From Mytilus edulis (lineage: Eukaryota): 64,000 nt of DNA. Shown in pieces: positions 13,521 to 26,817 of the stretch; the stretch's first letter is position 1, and each line of letters starts with the position of its first letter. A program made the position numbers and the translations under genes. The notes beneath the pieces are model-generated. The model saw nothing but the letters and a program-made list of their open reading frames with translations, ran no database searches and was not told the origin of the DNA. The stretch covers positions 19,902,001-19,966,000 of the forward strand of contig NC_092346.1 in assembly GCF_963676685.1 (NCBI RefSeq). Direction: 5' to 3'.

Positions 13521-14390
13521 TCATCAGTATATTGTTAAACCCAAACCCGAGAGAACATGTCCGTCGGCTTAATAATTATGTTATTCATCTTGTTTCAATG
13601 AAAAGTATTTTAATTTTTTCCAGAAATTTTTAGCGCCTTTGTAAACTGTCTCCTTACACATTTATCTGATGCTGCGTCTACCTAAAGCATAACGATAAAA
13701 TGGAGTTTCTGTATGTCTAAGACCTAAAGTTCTAAAAAAAAAACAATACTGAAGCTGGTTACGGCTATTAATCATTAATTTTACCCATATTAAAAATGTT
13801 AAGAGAAAGATTAAAAAAAAAAAAGCCCTGCCAATTTTTTTTCGATTTTTTTACGATTGTTCTGCTGTAAGTCATTTCTTTGTCGGAAATTATTTGTAAT
13901 CTAAAATATACATCCTTTTTTAATTCTGCATTTTTCAAAGTAACAACTTTTTTACCGTCCATCTTTTTCTAAAAGTCATTAGTAGTTGGGTTTTTTACCG
14001 ATGGGTCTTTCTTCATATTAATATTATTATTTTTGAAATTTAATAGGTAATATATTATTACTATTATGTTTTTATAATTTATGAATTATGACATAATCAC
14101 AGACAGACATAAATTGAGTTTTATTGGGCACAGATTTAATTTGTCGTTAAATTATCGTATTTGATACTAATATATAATCTGATAATGTGCAATAAAAACA
14201 AACATTTTCTCAGCTTTGACTAATTAAAACTCGTTGATCCCCGTAGAGCCTCTGTGTCGCAGAGCAAAAGTGTTAACTTAATTTATTGTTTATTGTAAAC
14301 AATTATCGCGAGTACGAGTGGTGAGTGATGCCATGGGTGGTAATTATGCACGTCCACAATACTCAAGGATCAAACGAATCCTCATTTTTA

Positions 14391-14414
14391 AGCCACGCCC
14401 ACTAACTTATTAAA
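14391..14414 (+). promoter_or_regulatory. Putative nanos core promoter (GC/KLF box + TATA-like)
   Basis: gccacgccc followed by ttattaaa about 100 bp upstream of the ATG. Confidence 0.4.
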
Positions 14415-14509
14415 TCGACAGTTTCTAATCACCGAACCATTACAAGCACGGGAAGTCATCACTGAAAAAGTCCACTGTCACTGTCAACATTTTACCTTTG
14501 AATGTCAAA

Positions 14510-15139
14510 ATGTCTTTCCTGAATCAATATCAGCCAAGTTTTGGAGAAGAAAATAACAACTGTGTATGGAATACACAAAATGACAACGGAATGTGTAGTA
14601 ACTTTAAATTTTTGGAGAGTTTAATTTTACCAGTAATTTCCGACGAAGATTTAAACGATGGATTTATGGACACCACCAACTACTTGGACACACGTCGAGA
14701 TATATTTGATACTGAAGAACAGACCCAGAACTTGGATAGTATTCGCAGAGGTGCGCTCGAAATAAATGAATTCAGGAGAAATGGATTTGAATGTGACTTG
14801 GACGATTTAGACGCATACCAAGTTCAACTAAGGAGGCAAAGTGTTCACGACAGAATAAGTGTAAAAAAGGAAAACAACCCAATTGTTTTGGAGGTAATGG
14901 CGTTCAAGGAAAAAAAGAAGGCATTAAGAAGAGCAAAGTCAAAGAAAAATTGTGTTTTCTGTAAGAACAACGGAGAATCCACCGCCGTTTATACAAGCCA
15001 TGTTCTCAAAGACGGAGACGGGAAAACCACTTGTCCAGTTCTAAGGAAATACACGTGCCCCCTGTGTGGAAAAACAGGAGATGAAGCCCATACCATCAAG
15101 TATTGCCCAAAGAATGAAGCACAAGAACATGCATTTTGA
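14510..15139 (+). CDS. nanos: Nanos RNA-binding protein (209 aa, intronless CDS)
   Basis: Two CCHC fingers CVFCKNNGE...[38 protein letters not shown]; first in-frame ATG (aaaATG) at 14510, since the ORF track start is a TTG. Confidence 0.97.
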   Translation: MSFLNQYQPSFGEENNNCVWNTQNDNGMCSNFKFLESLILPVISDEDLNDGFMDTTNYLDTRRDIFDTEEQTQNLDSIRRGALEINEFRRNGFECDLDDLDAYQVQLRRQSVHDRISVKKENNPIVLEVMAFKEKKKALRRAKSKKNCVFCKNNGESTAVYTSHVLKDGDGKTTCPVLRKYTCPLCGKTGDEAHTIKYCPKNEAQEHAF

Positions 15140-15399
15140 GCTTGAAAGTTATGTATAGAACTTTTCAATATTATGAGCTTGCAAGTTACTTCACGAAATT
15201 TTCAACAGTGTAAGTTTGCAAGTAGTGTAACGTAAGAACTTTCCAACAATTTTAGCTTGCAAGTCGTGTAACGAATCAGACCTTTCCGACAATTTTAGCT
15301 TGCAAGTGGTGAAACGATTGAACTTGCAAGTGTAACGATAGAACTTTCCGATAAACTTGAGCTTGAAAATCGTGTAGCGATAGACATTTCCAGGAAATT
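15138..15399 (+). repeat. Degenerate tandem repeat (~7 units, ~24-43 nt) at the start of the nanos 3' UTR
   Basis: Units begin near 15138, 15175, 15212, 15253, 15296, 15320 and 15359; approximate consensus AGCTTGCAAGTnGTGTAACGATAGAACTTTCC. Confidence 0.85.
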
Positions 15400-15693
15400 A
15401 CGAATTCAAGCGATCACAAAAAACAAGAAAATGACTTCAGGGACAATCAATTCGCGAGATGAATGAAATATGTTTAGTTGAGAACAGATTCAAGTTTTAA
15501 ATAGTGAGCATTATTTAAGTTCTTGTTGACAATTTTAAAACAATAAATTCAATTTACGTGTTAAATGAAATCCATTTTAACCATTTTCCATGTTTAATAA
15601 ATGAAATCCATTTTAACCATTTTCCATGTTAATTGTTGAAGGAAGTTGTTTTATTTTACATGAAATGTGACATTTTTAGTAGATTTTAGAAAT

Positions 15694-15875
15694 TGTAAAT
15701 ATTTTTTAGACGTTGATTTTAGAGTAGGATCATGTTTTGAAAATATGTTATACACATGTATGTAGGCTAAGAATATTGATTTTAATATATGCTGATATTT
15801 TTTTTCTATTATTAATAGCTGATTTAAATACATTCCGATCGTTGACACGAAATCCATTCGTTATTTTTGTAAATA
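15694..15875 (+). promoter_or_regulatory. Pumilio response elements in the nanos 3' UTR
   Basis: TGTAAATA at 15694-15701 (in ATTGTAAATA) and 15868-15875; more TGTA motifs to ~15990; candidate poly(A) signal ATTAAA at 15963. Confidence 0.5.
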
Positions 15876-17489
15876 GTTTTACGGAATTTGTCAGCACAGT
15901 TTGTAAAATCATATTTTGTAAAAATTATAGTGCTTCAATGTGTACATTCGTCATTGTTGAATATTAAATTGTAAAATACTTTGTACAAGTTTTAAGTCTT
16001 CTTTTTATTCAATTTTGTTATACGTACGTCATTCAGATTTCTGTACAATTGTTGTACACTTTCAGAAAGGAGGAGAAAGATAAAAAAAAAATCACCATTA
16101 TCATGATTAAGTTAATCATAAAAGTCGGGTTTATATGTATATCAAACACAAAATGATTATGCAATCTGAAATAGATGGACACATAATGTTATGTGTATTA
16201 GTTAAACTATGTTTTATATTATTGAAAAATAAATATAATTTAACAAAGACATTGTTTATGTCAGTATAACATTTATAGAAATCAATGCAAGGGGTTCCTT
16301 GTAGAACTGTAGAAATGTATTTCGTTTTCTACCTGGTTTTACAAACTTTATTAATGTCATGATGCCATGATCTTGAACAAGAACTTTTCAATAAAATGTA
16401 CATGTATAACTAAATAATTATATTTGTGTTAAGTCCACTGCAGAAAAGATGCCAGCTTACATTTCAAAAGTAAACCATGACTGTCACAAAGAAACATCGT
16501 TTTTCATTTTATACGAAATGAGGAGATGTGGTATGATTGCTATTTTGATAACTGTTTTACAAGAATCTCGAAGTTTCAATGGAGGTCACCGATATTTTTT
16601 GAAAGTAAATAATAGCTTGGAATTTTTATTAGTTGTTGATGCTTTGACTTTATCTAGCACATTTTTGGATTTCAAGTACTGGTATACTGGTGGTTGATTC
16701 ATTTACAAGTTCCGAATCCAAACAAGGATTGTAATGGGTTTTAATTTCACTAGGTCAAACATGTCAATATGAAATTAGTTTTTGGTTGTTGTTGCTATGC
16801 TTGGTAATTATTTGTTCGTCCCTTAAAGAGTATTCTTATATGTAGATGGAATAATTTAAATATAAAAAAAATGGGGTATAATTGCGCATGAGACATATAT
16901 TGTATCCACCAGAGACCAAAATGAAGTACATTTAGAAGAAAACAAATATAGGTAATTGTAAGGTTTCAACAATGAGCAATATTTATGACCGCATAGAAAG
17001 CTATATTAGGTCTTGAAATTGCAAATGTAAAACCAAATTCATACAAGATACCTATCAGCCGTATGCAAAACAATAAATGAAAAACGAACATGATATATAG
17101 CAACAAACAACAATAAATGAATTCCAGGCTCCTAGATGTGCCTGTTTAACCACATTAGCGAGCGCAAAACCCCCTCTTGACTTACCTGGAAAATTGATGA
17201 TACAACGACATAACACATAACATGAACAACCTACAAAAAATAGACGGACAATGAATATGATATTAAACAAGCCATACAGACAACCATCCAATTACTGGGC
17301 GCCCAACCCCTCACCTGAACAAGGGTGTAACAGCACAACATATACAAAACAAACTATAAAAACAGCTGAAAAGAGCTGAACTTATCTAATCTATACAAAT
17401 CACAAAAAGAACTAAAAAACCACAAAAGACAAATATTACTTAAATCTAGTTCAAAGCCTAAAGCAACCCAAAAACTAGACAAAGTGATG

Positions 17490-17880
17490 CCCCCGCACTC
17501 CACTCAGAAGTAACTGGATTATAACAAAGTCAATGTAGGACTTTCTTTGAGATATTATTGTGTCTGGGACAAACAATTGGTCCCCCTACACTCCATTCAG
17601 AAGTACCTGTTTTATAACAAAGTCAATGTAGGACTTTCTATGATATATTATTGTGTCTGGGACACACAACTGATGCGAAGTGTTATTTTAAAACACACAA
17701 AGTTGCACATGGGAGCACGCTCCTCTTATGCAAGTTAATACTCCAAAACATGACAAATGCTCAACTATCTCAAAACCCTGACCCTGCGGATTAACTATAT
17801 ACCCATAATATGATGGGACCGACGGACGGACGGACAGGTGTAAAATACTAAGCACCAAACTTTTAGTTGCGGGGTCATAA
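17490..17880 (-). mobile_element. Helentron/HINE-like element with internal ~92-bp tandem repeat
   Basis: Two ~92-bp units (17490-17670), a (GACG)n microsatellite at ~17820 and a terminal ...gcggggtcataaa. Confidence 0.5.
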
Positions 17881-19900
17881 AGATATCGTGACTTCAGATT
17901 CACTGTACAGTAGAAAACAACCATAGTTAGGAATATAACTTGGATTTTCACAAACAACAAACCGTAAGTCAACTGGAATTTTGTCGAGAATTTTGTGTTC
18001 TGAAGTTAAACCGATACAAGTGATTCTGCTAAATAATCAAAAATATAAACGACCCGTGCAAACAAAAAACAATGTCATCTTGAAAAGAACAATGTTACAT
18101 TATTCTTTTGATGGAAAGATATACAAAAGTGTGTCCTACTCAAAATTATCCACAATGTTTTAATTTGTCATGATTTTTAAAAACAAAAATATGACATAAA
18201 AATTTTGTCTGTTCTTTGTGTATCTTTTAACTTAAATGAGACAAGGTATTAAATAAATTATGAGACAAGATTCCAATCTTATTTCAAGGAATCAATTTCG
18301 TACAATCTGACAATCATCATGATGTAATCGACATCCACGAAATATAGTGGAACTTTACATCTTGTGTAATTAGGTCAATTCACACAGATGGGTCAGTGTA
18401 TTAACCACAGGAGTGTTTACCTTCCCAAGTTTTATAGAACAATACCGGTCCCACGAGATTCACGTCAATCATCGACTTGTAATAAACTTTATCAAAGAGA
18501 TCAAAAGTTAAGGGAAAATTGACAGATTTACATGGTGATGTTGTGATCTTAGCGTTTACAGTTAATTTGTCAAACAACTGTTAAACAAAAACAGAGATGC
18601 ATAACACCATATTATATGTCACTAAACATATCAAAACTCAAAAAGATACAGGGAGGGGCTCAGGCAATTTCTAGACACTTGTATCTGAAAAAAATAGCTA
18701 TATATATATAATATTTTAATATAAAATGTAGGTTTGCTGCAAAATTGAATATATACAAAAATCAACACTAAAAATGGTTTAAAAATTCTTAATTTTTTGC
18801 TGGTCCTTTATAAAACCTTTAAAAAAATGGTTTAAAAATTCTTTACTTTTTTGCTGGTCCTTAAAACCTTAAAAATAAATGTTTTGCCACTGGAGGAAAG
18901 TCTTTATTTTTTTGGGGAAACTGCTCCCTTGGAACAATACGAAATCTGTAACTAAAATTCGAAAATTGTAACCTTTAAAAACTGTCTTGTTACCGGCACC
19001 GATCATTCATCATTATTTTAGGTCGAGATTTGTTTTTCTCGGGACAAACATTTTTTTACCTTAATAATAAAAAAAATAAAAAATCCTCAAATAAATGCAG
19101 AAATAAACAAGAGGAAGCTGTTGAATATCAATTATTTATTATTTTCAATATAATCATACCATGTTTTTCACTTCCCTTTTCAAAAATAGTTTGTATTCTT
19201 ATTAAATGTTTTTTTTAAGAATCACACAATTTAAAAAAAAAAATCAATGCCCCCCACACACTCATACACACCCAACAGAAGATTGATCGGTGCTTGAGAA
19301 TTCAATCGATTAAAAAATGTAGCAGGAATTACCAATATTATTGGACAGTACACCAGACACCACACACCAAATGCAACTCCGCAGACAAAGTAGAATATAA
19401 TGTATGAAAGACGACCAAAGACAACAACAAACAACGCAAGGTCCTAAATATCTAAAAATTTTACAGGCAAAAACTGTGAATAGTTTTAACAGTTTTGAGC
19501 CCTTATTTACACACACACAAACATAAACCATCCGTATAAAAAAAAAAACTAAGACATCATTCATTTTTCATCTCACTTTTAGAACATAGCCCAACTAATT
19601 TGCTTATCTTATAAAATTAACGGTATCAATATTTCTTGACTAAATACGCATTTCGATAATAAATGTCTCGTCAGTGATGCTCGAGGCCCGAATATATATG
19701 ACATCCAAACTTATAAAAATACGAAGAGCTTATACTAAAAAAAGTAAAAAGTATAACTAAAGACGAGCAAGGACTTAGAACTTTGCATAAGGGAGATGTT
19801 TTCCATCATTCGCAGTGTAACTTCAAATAATTGTCAACAGCTTATTCCCCTTATCTGTATTTTTATACCAGTACCGAAGTACTGGCTACTGGTCTATACT

Positions 19901-20064
19901 CATAGTTGGATACAAGGGGGGGGGGGGGGGGGGGGTTGGCCTGGACCCCCTTTCGTGAGATAGTTGATTATATAAGGAATCATTGAAGCATGACTGGAGT
20001 GGCCCCCCCTTTAGGTCAGTCAACGGCCCCCCTCCCCTTAGGAAAAGTTCTGGATCCGCCACTG
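19901..20064. mobile_element. MITE with 5-bp TSD
   Basis: Ends catagttggatacaag / ctggatccgccactg; ATACT duplicated at 19896-19900 and 20065-20069. Confidence 0.75.
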
Positions 20065-21439
20065 ATACTACACCATGCAGAAGGGATCATTAAAGACCCA
20101 TTTGAAATAACATTGACACATTACATAACCAGTTTATCTTGACAAAATAATATAGGATTTGTGCATTGTTGAAGGCTGTAGCCAATTGCTCAAGTCCACT
20201 GCATTTGGTCTCTGTTATATAGCTGTCTCATTGACAATCACACACATCTCCTTGTTGTTTTTTTATTCGAGCCACACCAATGAGTCCTTTATAGAAGAAA
20301 CGCGAATACAAAGTTTCAATCCTGGTATCTATGACACAGACACTTGTCTCAGATTTCCCCCATTATATACCTTAATATAAAATTATATATATGTGTATTT
20401 ATATTGTGAAAGCCGGACTATATTGGTTTTAGCAAAGACATATATTACTGCTTACCTTTCCTGAACACTTGAGATCACTCCCAGTTTTTGGTGGGGTTCG
20501 TGTTGCTCAGTCTTGTTTTCTATGTTGTGGTTTTTGTACTGTTGATTGTTTGTCTTGTCCTTTAAGCTATGGCGTAGGACAGTTTGCTTTTGACTTGTGA
20601 GTTGAATGTCCTTTTGATATGGTTGAGCTTATTAATAAGTCTAATATAGTAATCATTACTTTATTAATGGCCTTGACAACTGTGTTTCAAAGCGGCAAGT
20701 TATCAGTTCAACTGTTGTCAAAATCATTGCACGGTTATCATATCCGTCGCTCAGGGTTCATCATAATACATTTGATTGATCAGTTATCGTTATTGGGTAA
20801 AATTATCACACTTTAAATAGGTCGTATTTTCGGTGTCGACCGATGATAGGATGATTATAAGATGCACATGCCCGTCTGAGACCTCATTTTCATGGTTCAT
20901 TGGTTAGCTTGAATTTCTTTATGCCTTTATCTTAATTTAGAGTAATTTCTTTCTCATAATTTGATTGTCTGATATTGCTGAGACTACTATAAGTAGTCTC
21001 AGAATATTGTCACTACAATTCCAGTATACATTTTAAATTACGTTAATTGGAAATATCTCCCTTATACTATTGACCCAAGGACGTATATCAGATGTTAGTT
21101 ATACGTCCTTGCATTGACCTAATAAAAATAATATTTTTTGTAGATTAAATTTCTAAATATATTTGGTTGATGGCCTAATAATTGAATTGGAATCTAATAT
21201 GCAATGTGATAAAATTCATATTGGGTTTGGCTTCGCCTCACTAGATATGAAATTTATAAGTCTGATAAATTCTCCTGTTAGGACAATTGCACTCTGTGTA
21301 AATTATAATACTGTGCCACTTGATTTCCAAACAACTTCACATTAAGCTTGAGACCTTGACCTTTTGAGCTAGAGATATTACACCATCTTAAGTTATTAAA
21401 CAATGAAATATGAAATAAAGTATATGTAGTAGAAAGCAT

Positions 21440-21810
21440 TTGTATTTATAAATCTGGGTATGCAATAAGAGTTGGTGACTTTGACCTTCAGGCTTAAGGT
21501 TCTAACCTTGTCTATTGGTTGATATCAATCATTAATCATTAATTAATTGATTTTTAATTATTAATTATGTTTATGAATCTTGGTATGCAATACAGCTAGT
21601 TACTATCACCTCCAGGCTAAATATTCTGCCCTCATGCATTGGTGTTCAACTATCATGTTTTTATGAATCTGGGTTTGCAATAGAGTAAGTGACTTTGACC
21701 TTCAGGCTACAGATTCTATCCTTGTCTATAAGTGGCTATCAATCATGTATTTATAAACCTGGGTATGCAATAGAGTTTGTGACTTTAAACTTTAGGTTAC
21801 AGACATAACC
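21440..21810. repeat. Degenerate tandem repeat of ~75-90 bp, ~4 units
   Basis: Recurring tttatRaatctgggtatgcaata-gagtt-gtgactttgaccttcaggct. Confidence 0.7.
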
Positions 21811-22611
21811 CAACAGTAGAGCAACCTAAGTTGACTACATCTACATCATTTCATCTCTGGTGGATAATAAGTTCATTGGCAATCATACTACAGTTTTCAC
21901 AGTTTTAGATTAAACTAAATATATTTGGTTGATGTCCTAATAATTGAATTGGAATCTAATATGCAATGTACCTCATCCTTTCGTTGTATATTCTAGCAAG
22001 AAAGTCTATGTTTCTAGTTTTTATTACAAATAATTTTAAATGTTTAATTTCTCCATGTGTAGCATGAACAGGAATTTGTCAACACAATATTAGGGTTCAC
22101 AGTTTTAAAATAACTTTTTGAAATTGACCTTTGGCTCATAAATTTCAAATTTCACAAAAAGTAGTGACCATCCACACAAACCATCCACAACTATATAAAG
22201 TGTTGGTCAACAACAATTATTTTTCTTAATACTAAAAAATCAAAATTTATCATGTTTTCAACATTTATTTGAAAAATTAAATAAACACATAATAATAATA
22301 TTCTAAAGCAATGAAAGATTTACTCCACACAACAATAAATTATTGATAAACAATGACATACCATAAAAGACATTTAAAAACAATATGTAAATTTCTTAGG
22401 TCTTAAAAAATACAACAACAAAAACGCAATCAAGACTCAAGAGGATAAATCATGGTCTTGCTGGGGAACAAAATAAAAAAACTTTCATCTTTGCAATATG
22501 ATAGTTAGTTTCTAGGGATGTAAACTCCAATTTCTTTTTTTTTGGAATTTACAGTAACCTCAAATCACTTATGGTACTTGGGTATTTGACTTTAATGTCA
22601 TATAAAACAAT

Positions 22612-23325
22612 GGGCCATTCCAGTTAATATCTGCTAAAGGGGGGTTGGATGGTCCTTTTTGAGGGGTGTAAAATTTATACATCTTAGGGGTGAAAATTTT
22701 GTTTTTTTCATCTGACACCTACACTTATACGCAAAAAACTTCTGAGGGTCTTGCAGCAATAAATAATTTAAAATAATTACATCTTAGGGGTTACACAAAT
22801 GTCTATGTCAGATCTTAGGGGTGCTTTTTAATGTAAACAATTACGTATCATGCATGCCTTTGTTAGTCTTGTATTATTTTAATTTTAGTTTCTTGTGTAC
22901 AATTTGGAAATTAGTATGGCGTTCATTATCACTGGACTAGTATATATTTGTTTAGGGGCCAGCTGAAGGACGCCTCCGGGTGCAGGAATTTCTCGCTACA
23001 TTGAAGACCTGTTGGTGACCCTCTGCTGTTGTTTTTTATTTGGGCGGGTTGTTGTCTCTTTGACACATTCCCCATTTCCATTCTCAATTTTATTATCTGG
23101 TATTGTATTTAAAATTCTGATGGGTACAATCCTTGCAGTAAAAAAATCTGAAAGGTCATTTTTTCCCATGAAAGCCCATCCACCCAATATGAACAGAAAC
23201 TCTACATCTGATAGGTCTTAATTTTTAGATCTGCTAGGTAGTTTTTCATGATGTTTTTTTCTGATACCTATAAACAAAATTCTCCCCATCCATCCCCACC
23301 TGTCAGAAATTAACTGGAATGGCCC
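22612..23325. mobile_element. Harbinger/Zator-like MITE containing a probable nested ~250-bp repeat (~22845-23092)
   Basis: TIRs gggccattccagttaat / attaactggaatggccc; 3-bp TSD AAT. Confidence 0.75.
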
Positions 23326-24033
23326 AATTTAATGGCCTTATATCTGACAACATTTATTGGTTGTGGTCTGTGCCTTGCTTTGTTCATTTCACAATTTTTA
23401 AATAAGGCTCTACAGAATCAAAACAAAAATTTGCTAAGATTTTTTTTATAGGAAATGATGTTGTGCACTCAAATTTCATTTATGATTTGAATGATTATTT
23501 CAAGTTTCCCGTCAAACCTGAAACAGGGACATGACAAGCAACACTTGCTTTTCATTGAAAATGCATATGTATATATTGTTTTTATTAAGATGGATGGATT
23601 TTTAGATAAGTCAAATCTATATTATATTCTATGTATAGCAAACCCTGAGATACCCTGTTAAGAAAAATGTGACCATAACATTTTTTTATAATTATTAGTT
23701 TCCAAATTAGATGGAAAACAAATATTTTTATATGTTTTTTTTTTTTTTAGAAAAAGCTAGAAATTTACAAAGGGAGACCATTTAAAAAGTGACTTAAATA
23801 TAAAATAGCATGTCCATATTGTGCATAACACATATGAGACCAATATTATGGGAATTATTGAAATGAGGGAATTCAGGATACATGATATGAAGAAAAAGTT
23901 AAATCTCTTGAGGATAGTTTTAACCACCAGTATACCTGGGATAACCAGCCTTATTTCTTTCAAATTGAAAATAAATTAATAAAATAAAATACATACACGT
24001 TGATGCCAGATGAAAAATGATATGTAAATTAAT

Positions 24034-24318
24034 GCTGAGTTAACACGTAATTCGAATTCGATTCACATCAACTAATTCGAATTAGCTTAATTCGCATTCA
24101 AAACGTTTAACGTTCTTACGTTAATTCGAATTGGAATGAACGTCAAATTGGCTTTACTGTTCTAACGACGTTAAATTTTAATTCGGATTAATAAAAACAT
24201 ATTTCTAATGCGAATTAGTCAATTCGATCAATTCGAATTAAAAAAGAAGAGTGTGTGAACGCGATTAGCTAATTCGATTCGCATTCGATTCGAATTAAAG
24301 GTACGTGTGAACTAGACA
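24034..24318. repeat. TTCGA(A/T)T-rich MITE-like element
   Basis: Many aattcgaatt/ttcgattcg motifs; imperfect ends agttaacacgta / tacgtgtgaact. Confidence 0.55.
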
Positions 24319-25984
24319 TAAATAAACATAACCAAGAACTAACAGTGATTCCATTATTGTTAAATGAACAATATAATCTCTTCATAATAACCTGTTTATA
24401 GTCATAAAGACTTCAGAATTCTTTGCAATGTTATTATTATTGTGAGAAATCTAATGAACTGAATGTTACATTATTTAAATGTGGAATTTTTTCTCATATA
24501 TCACAAGTTTGAATCACTTTTTTGATGTATTAATCAATAATCACTATAATCACTATAATCATGATAATCATGATAATAAATGCACACAATACCAGCAATT
24601 TTAGAATTCACTATATATTGATAATATAAGAATAAAGATCATAAATACTACCAAAAACACACACGACAAACTAAGCTTTGCATTACATGTATACCCAAAT
24701 TATTGTTATAAACATGATGAAAAATACATAAACAAAAAGATCAAGGTACATGTAAATCAGTGGTCTATAAAAAAAAATTCTTATAGAAAAACATGTAGCT
24801 TTAAATGATTTATCAATATTTTTCCTGAAATTTAAGATTTAAGCTAAAATGAAATTAATTTGTAAGACTTTTCATTCAAATAATTTTATCTAACAGTACA
24901 TATTTTTGTTTACAGACAAGGGATTTCAAACAGTAGAACTTTAGAATATCAGGGGAGAAAACTCTAATTTATAAACAAATGAACAGTAAATTTATCTCTA
25001 TTGATATATATAGGTCAACAAAATGTATGTACTGCGAGTACAATAACCCCAATTGTGTTTTTTTTTCTTTTCTAAAAAGCACAATTTAAAATCTACTCAT
25101 GTTTCATTTAAATGATCTTTCAATTAGTTTGTATTCTATTCACATAATAATGTTTCCATGTATAATTTTTACAAAAGCACAATTTTTTTTTAATATCATA
25201 TCTTTGAAAATAGCATGATACAAGTATTGTATGTACCACACTATTTACGAGTTAACATATTTAAACAACAAATCTGCAGGATGAGTTCGTTTAAATATGT
25301 AAATGAGTAAGGCGTGGTGTATATGTTTTGTAAAATCATTCAAAAGTGGCCTGGTGATTTTTTTCTAATAAAAATTTCTTTGAAATATAAAGTCAGTGAC
25401 GGAATTTCCAAGAAGGTAGAAATCCTATTTGTAAAACAAACGAAATCCTTGTCCTCACGAATTCACTAAACTGCCAATCAGACATAACAAAGAGGTGGAG
25501 TTTAAATCGTGGTTTAACATAAAAAATATCAGATTAAACCATTTTCCAAGCTCAGCCTATCTACATGAAGTTGCAAGAACAAAGTATGTCATGATTTTTT
25601 TTAATGGAATAACATATCAATCTTTATATTAAACCATGGTTTTTCAAACACCGAACTATTAAGCAGATTATCACATAAAAACTTCAAAGGAAAAAGGCCG
25701 TATTATCTTACAAATTACATTTTGGCAATGTTTGAAAAAGTTCCATTGTTTAAATTTCAACCTCCTATCTACCTTTAATTACAATGGTAAAACAGACTAT
25801 TATCTAATATAAACCTGAGTACATTTTTAAATCTAAAGATTAAAAAATTACATATCAGTAATCACAAAAAATGTTTACGATAAAAAAAGAACTACATATG
25901 TTGCATTTGTTTATACAGAATCTCACATAAACAGCTACAAAATTAAATGCTATAACGAATAAATATTCTCTAATGAGTATGAAT

Positions 25985-26817
25985 TTATTGCGAACCCTAT
26001 CTTAGTTTTCCATAGATTCAACTGCAAGTTACCTGTCGATTTAAACTTTTGGCAGTTCTATTGTCCCATTTAACAAATACAACAGGTATTGTTCTCTGTG
26101 TAGTTTATTCACTGGGACCTTTAAATTTCTTCTAGGAGAAATATATCACTAATTGATTAATTTACCTGACCAAAAAATTATCTTCTTTTTTATTGAAATA
26201 CTTCTAATTAATAACTCACATAAACGGTATGCAATATTGTATTTATTCAATAATATCATTAATATATTTTCAATCTGTTTAATATAAAATCTGGTTTAAT
26301 AATAAAAAGTTTATTTCAGACACATCATTTTTTAGTATTTTCCAATGAATTTACATGTTTTTGTTGTTGTTCATTTATAGACTTATGTTTATGAAGACCT
26401 TAATTTAAAAATAATAATATTCAAATTTTTATTTATCAAACACACAAAAATATTGAATATTTGATCAGAAATCAACTTTTAATTTTTGAATCAGTATTAA
26501 TATTGAACACATTAAAAAACGAGTTATTGGTATTGAATAAATACATGAAATACAACATCACATGCAGTTTTGTGAGTCCTTACTTAGTATTAGTATAAGT
26601 ATTTTTTCATCATTGACAGTTCAATTTTTTGTTCAGGTAAATTAATCAATGAGTGATATATTTCTCCTAGAAGAAATTTAAAGGTCCCAGTGAATAAACT
26701 ACACAGAGAACAATACCTGTTGTATTTGTTAGATGGGACAATAGAACTGCCAAAAATTTAAATCGACAGGTAACTTGCAGGTGAATCTATGGAAAACTAA
26801 GATAGGGTTCGCAATAA
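25985..26817. mobile_element. Foldback element with ~190-bp near-perfect inverted arms
   Basis: 25985-~26175 is the reverse complement of ~26625-26817 with a few mismatches. Confidence 0.85.

Noticed and set aside
14498-14509. TTG start for nanos
   Set aside because: Eukaryotic gene; an in-frame ATG with good context follows at 14510.
15138-15399. CRISPR-like array (palindromic repeats with variable gaps)
   Set aside because: The gaps are homologous to each other, units are degenerate, the context is a eukaryotic 3' UTR and there are no cas genes.
19640-19685. Active hammerhead
   Set aside because: Core present (CTGACGA/GAAA) but stems I and II are mismatched; treated as decayed.
24034-24318. 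Heat-shock element cluster (TTCGAA)
   Set aside because: Lies in a MITE-like repeat far from any promoter, and spacing is not nGAAnnTTCn.
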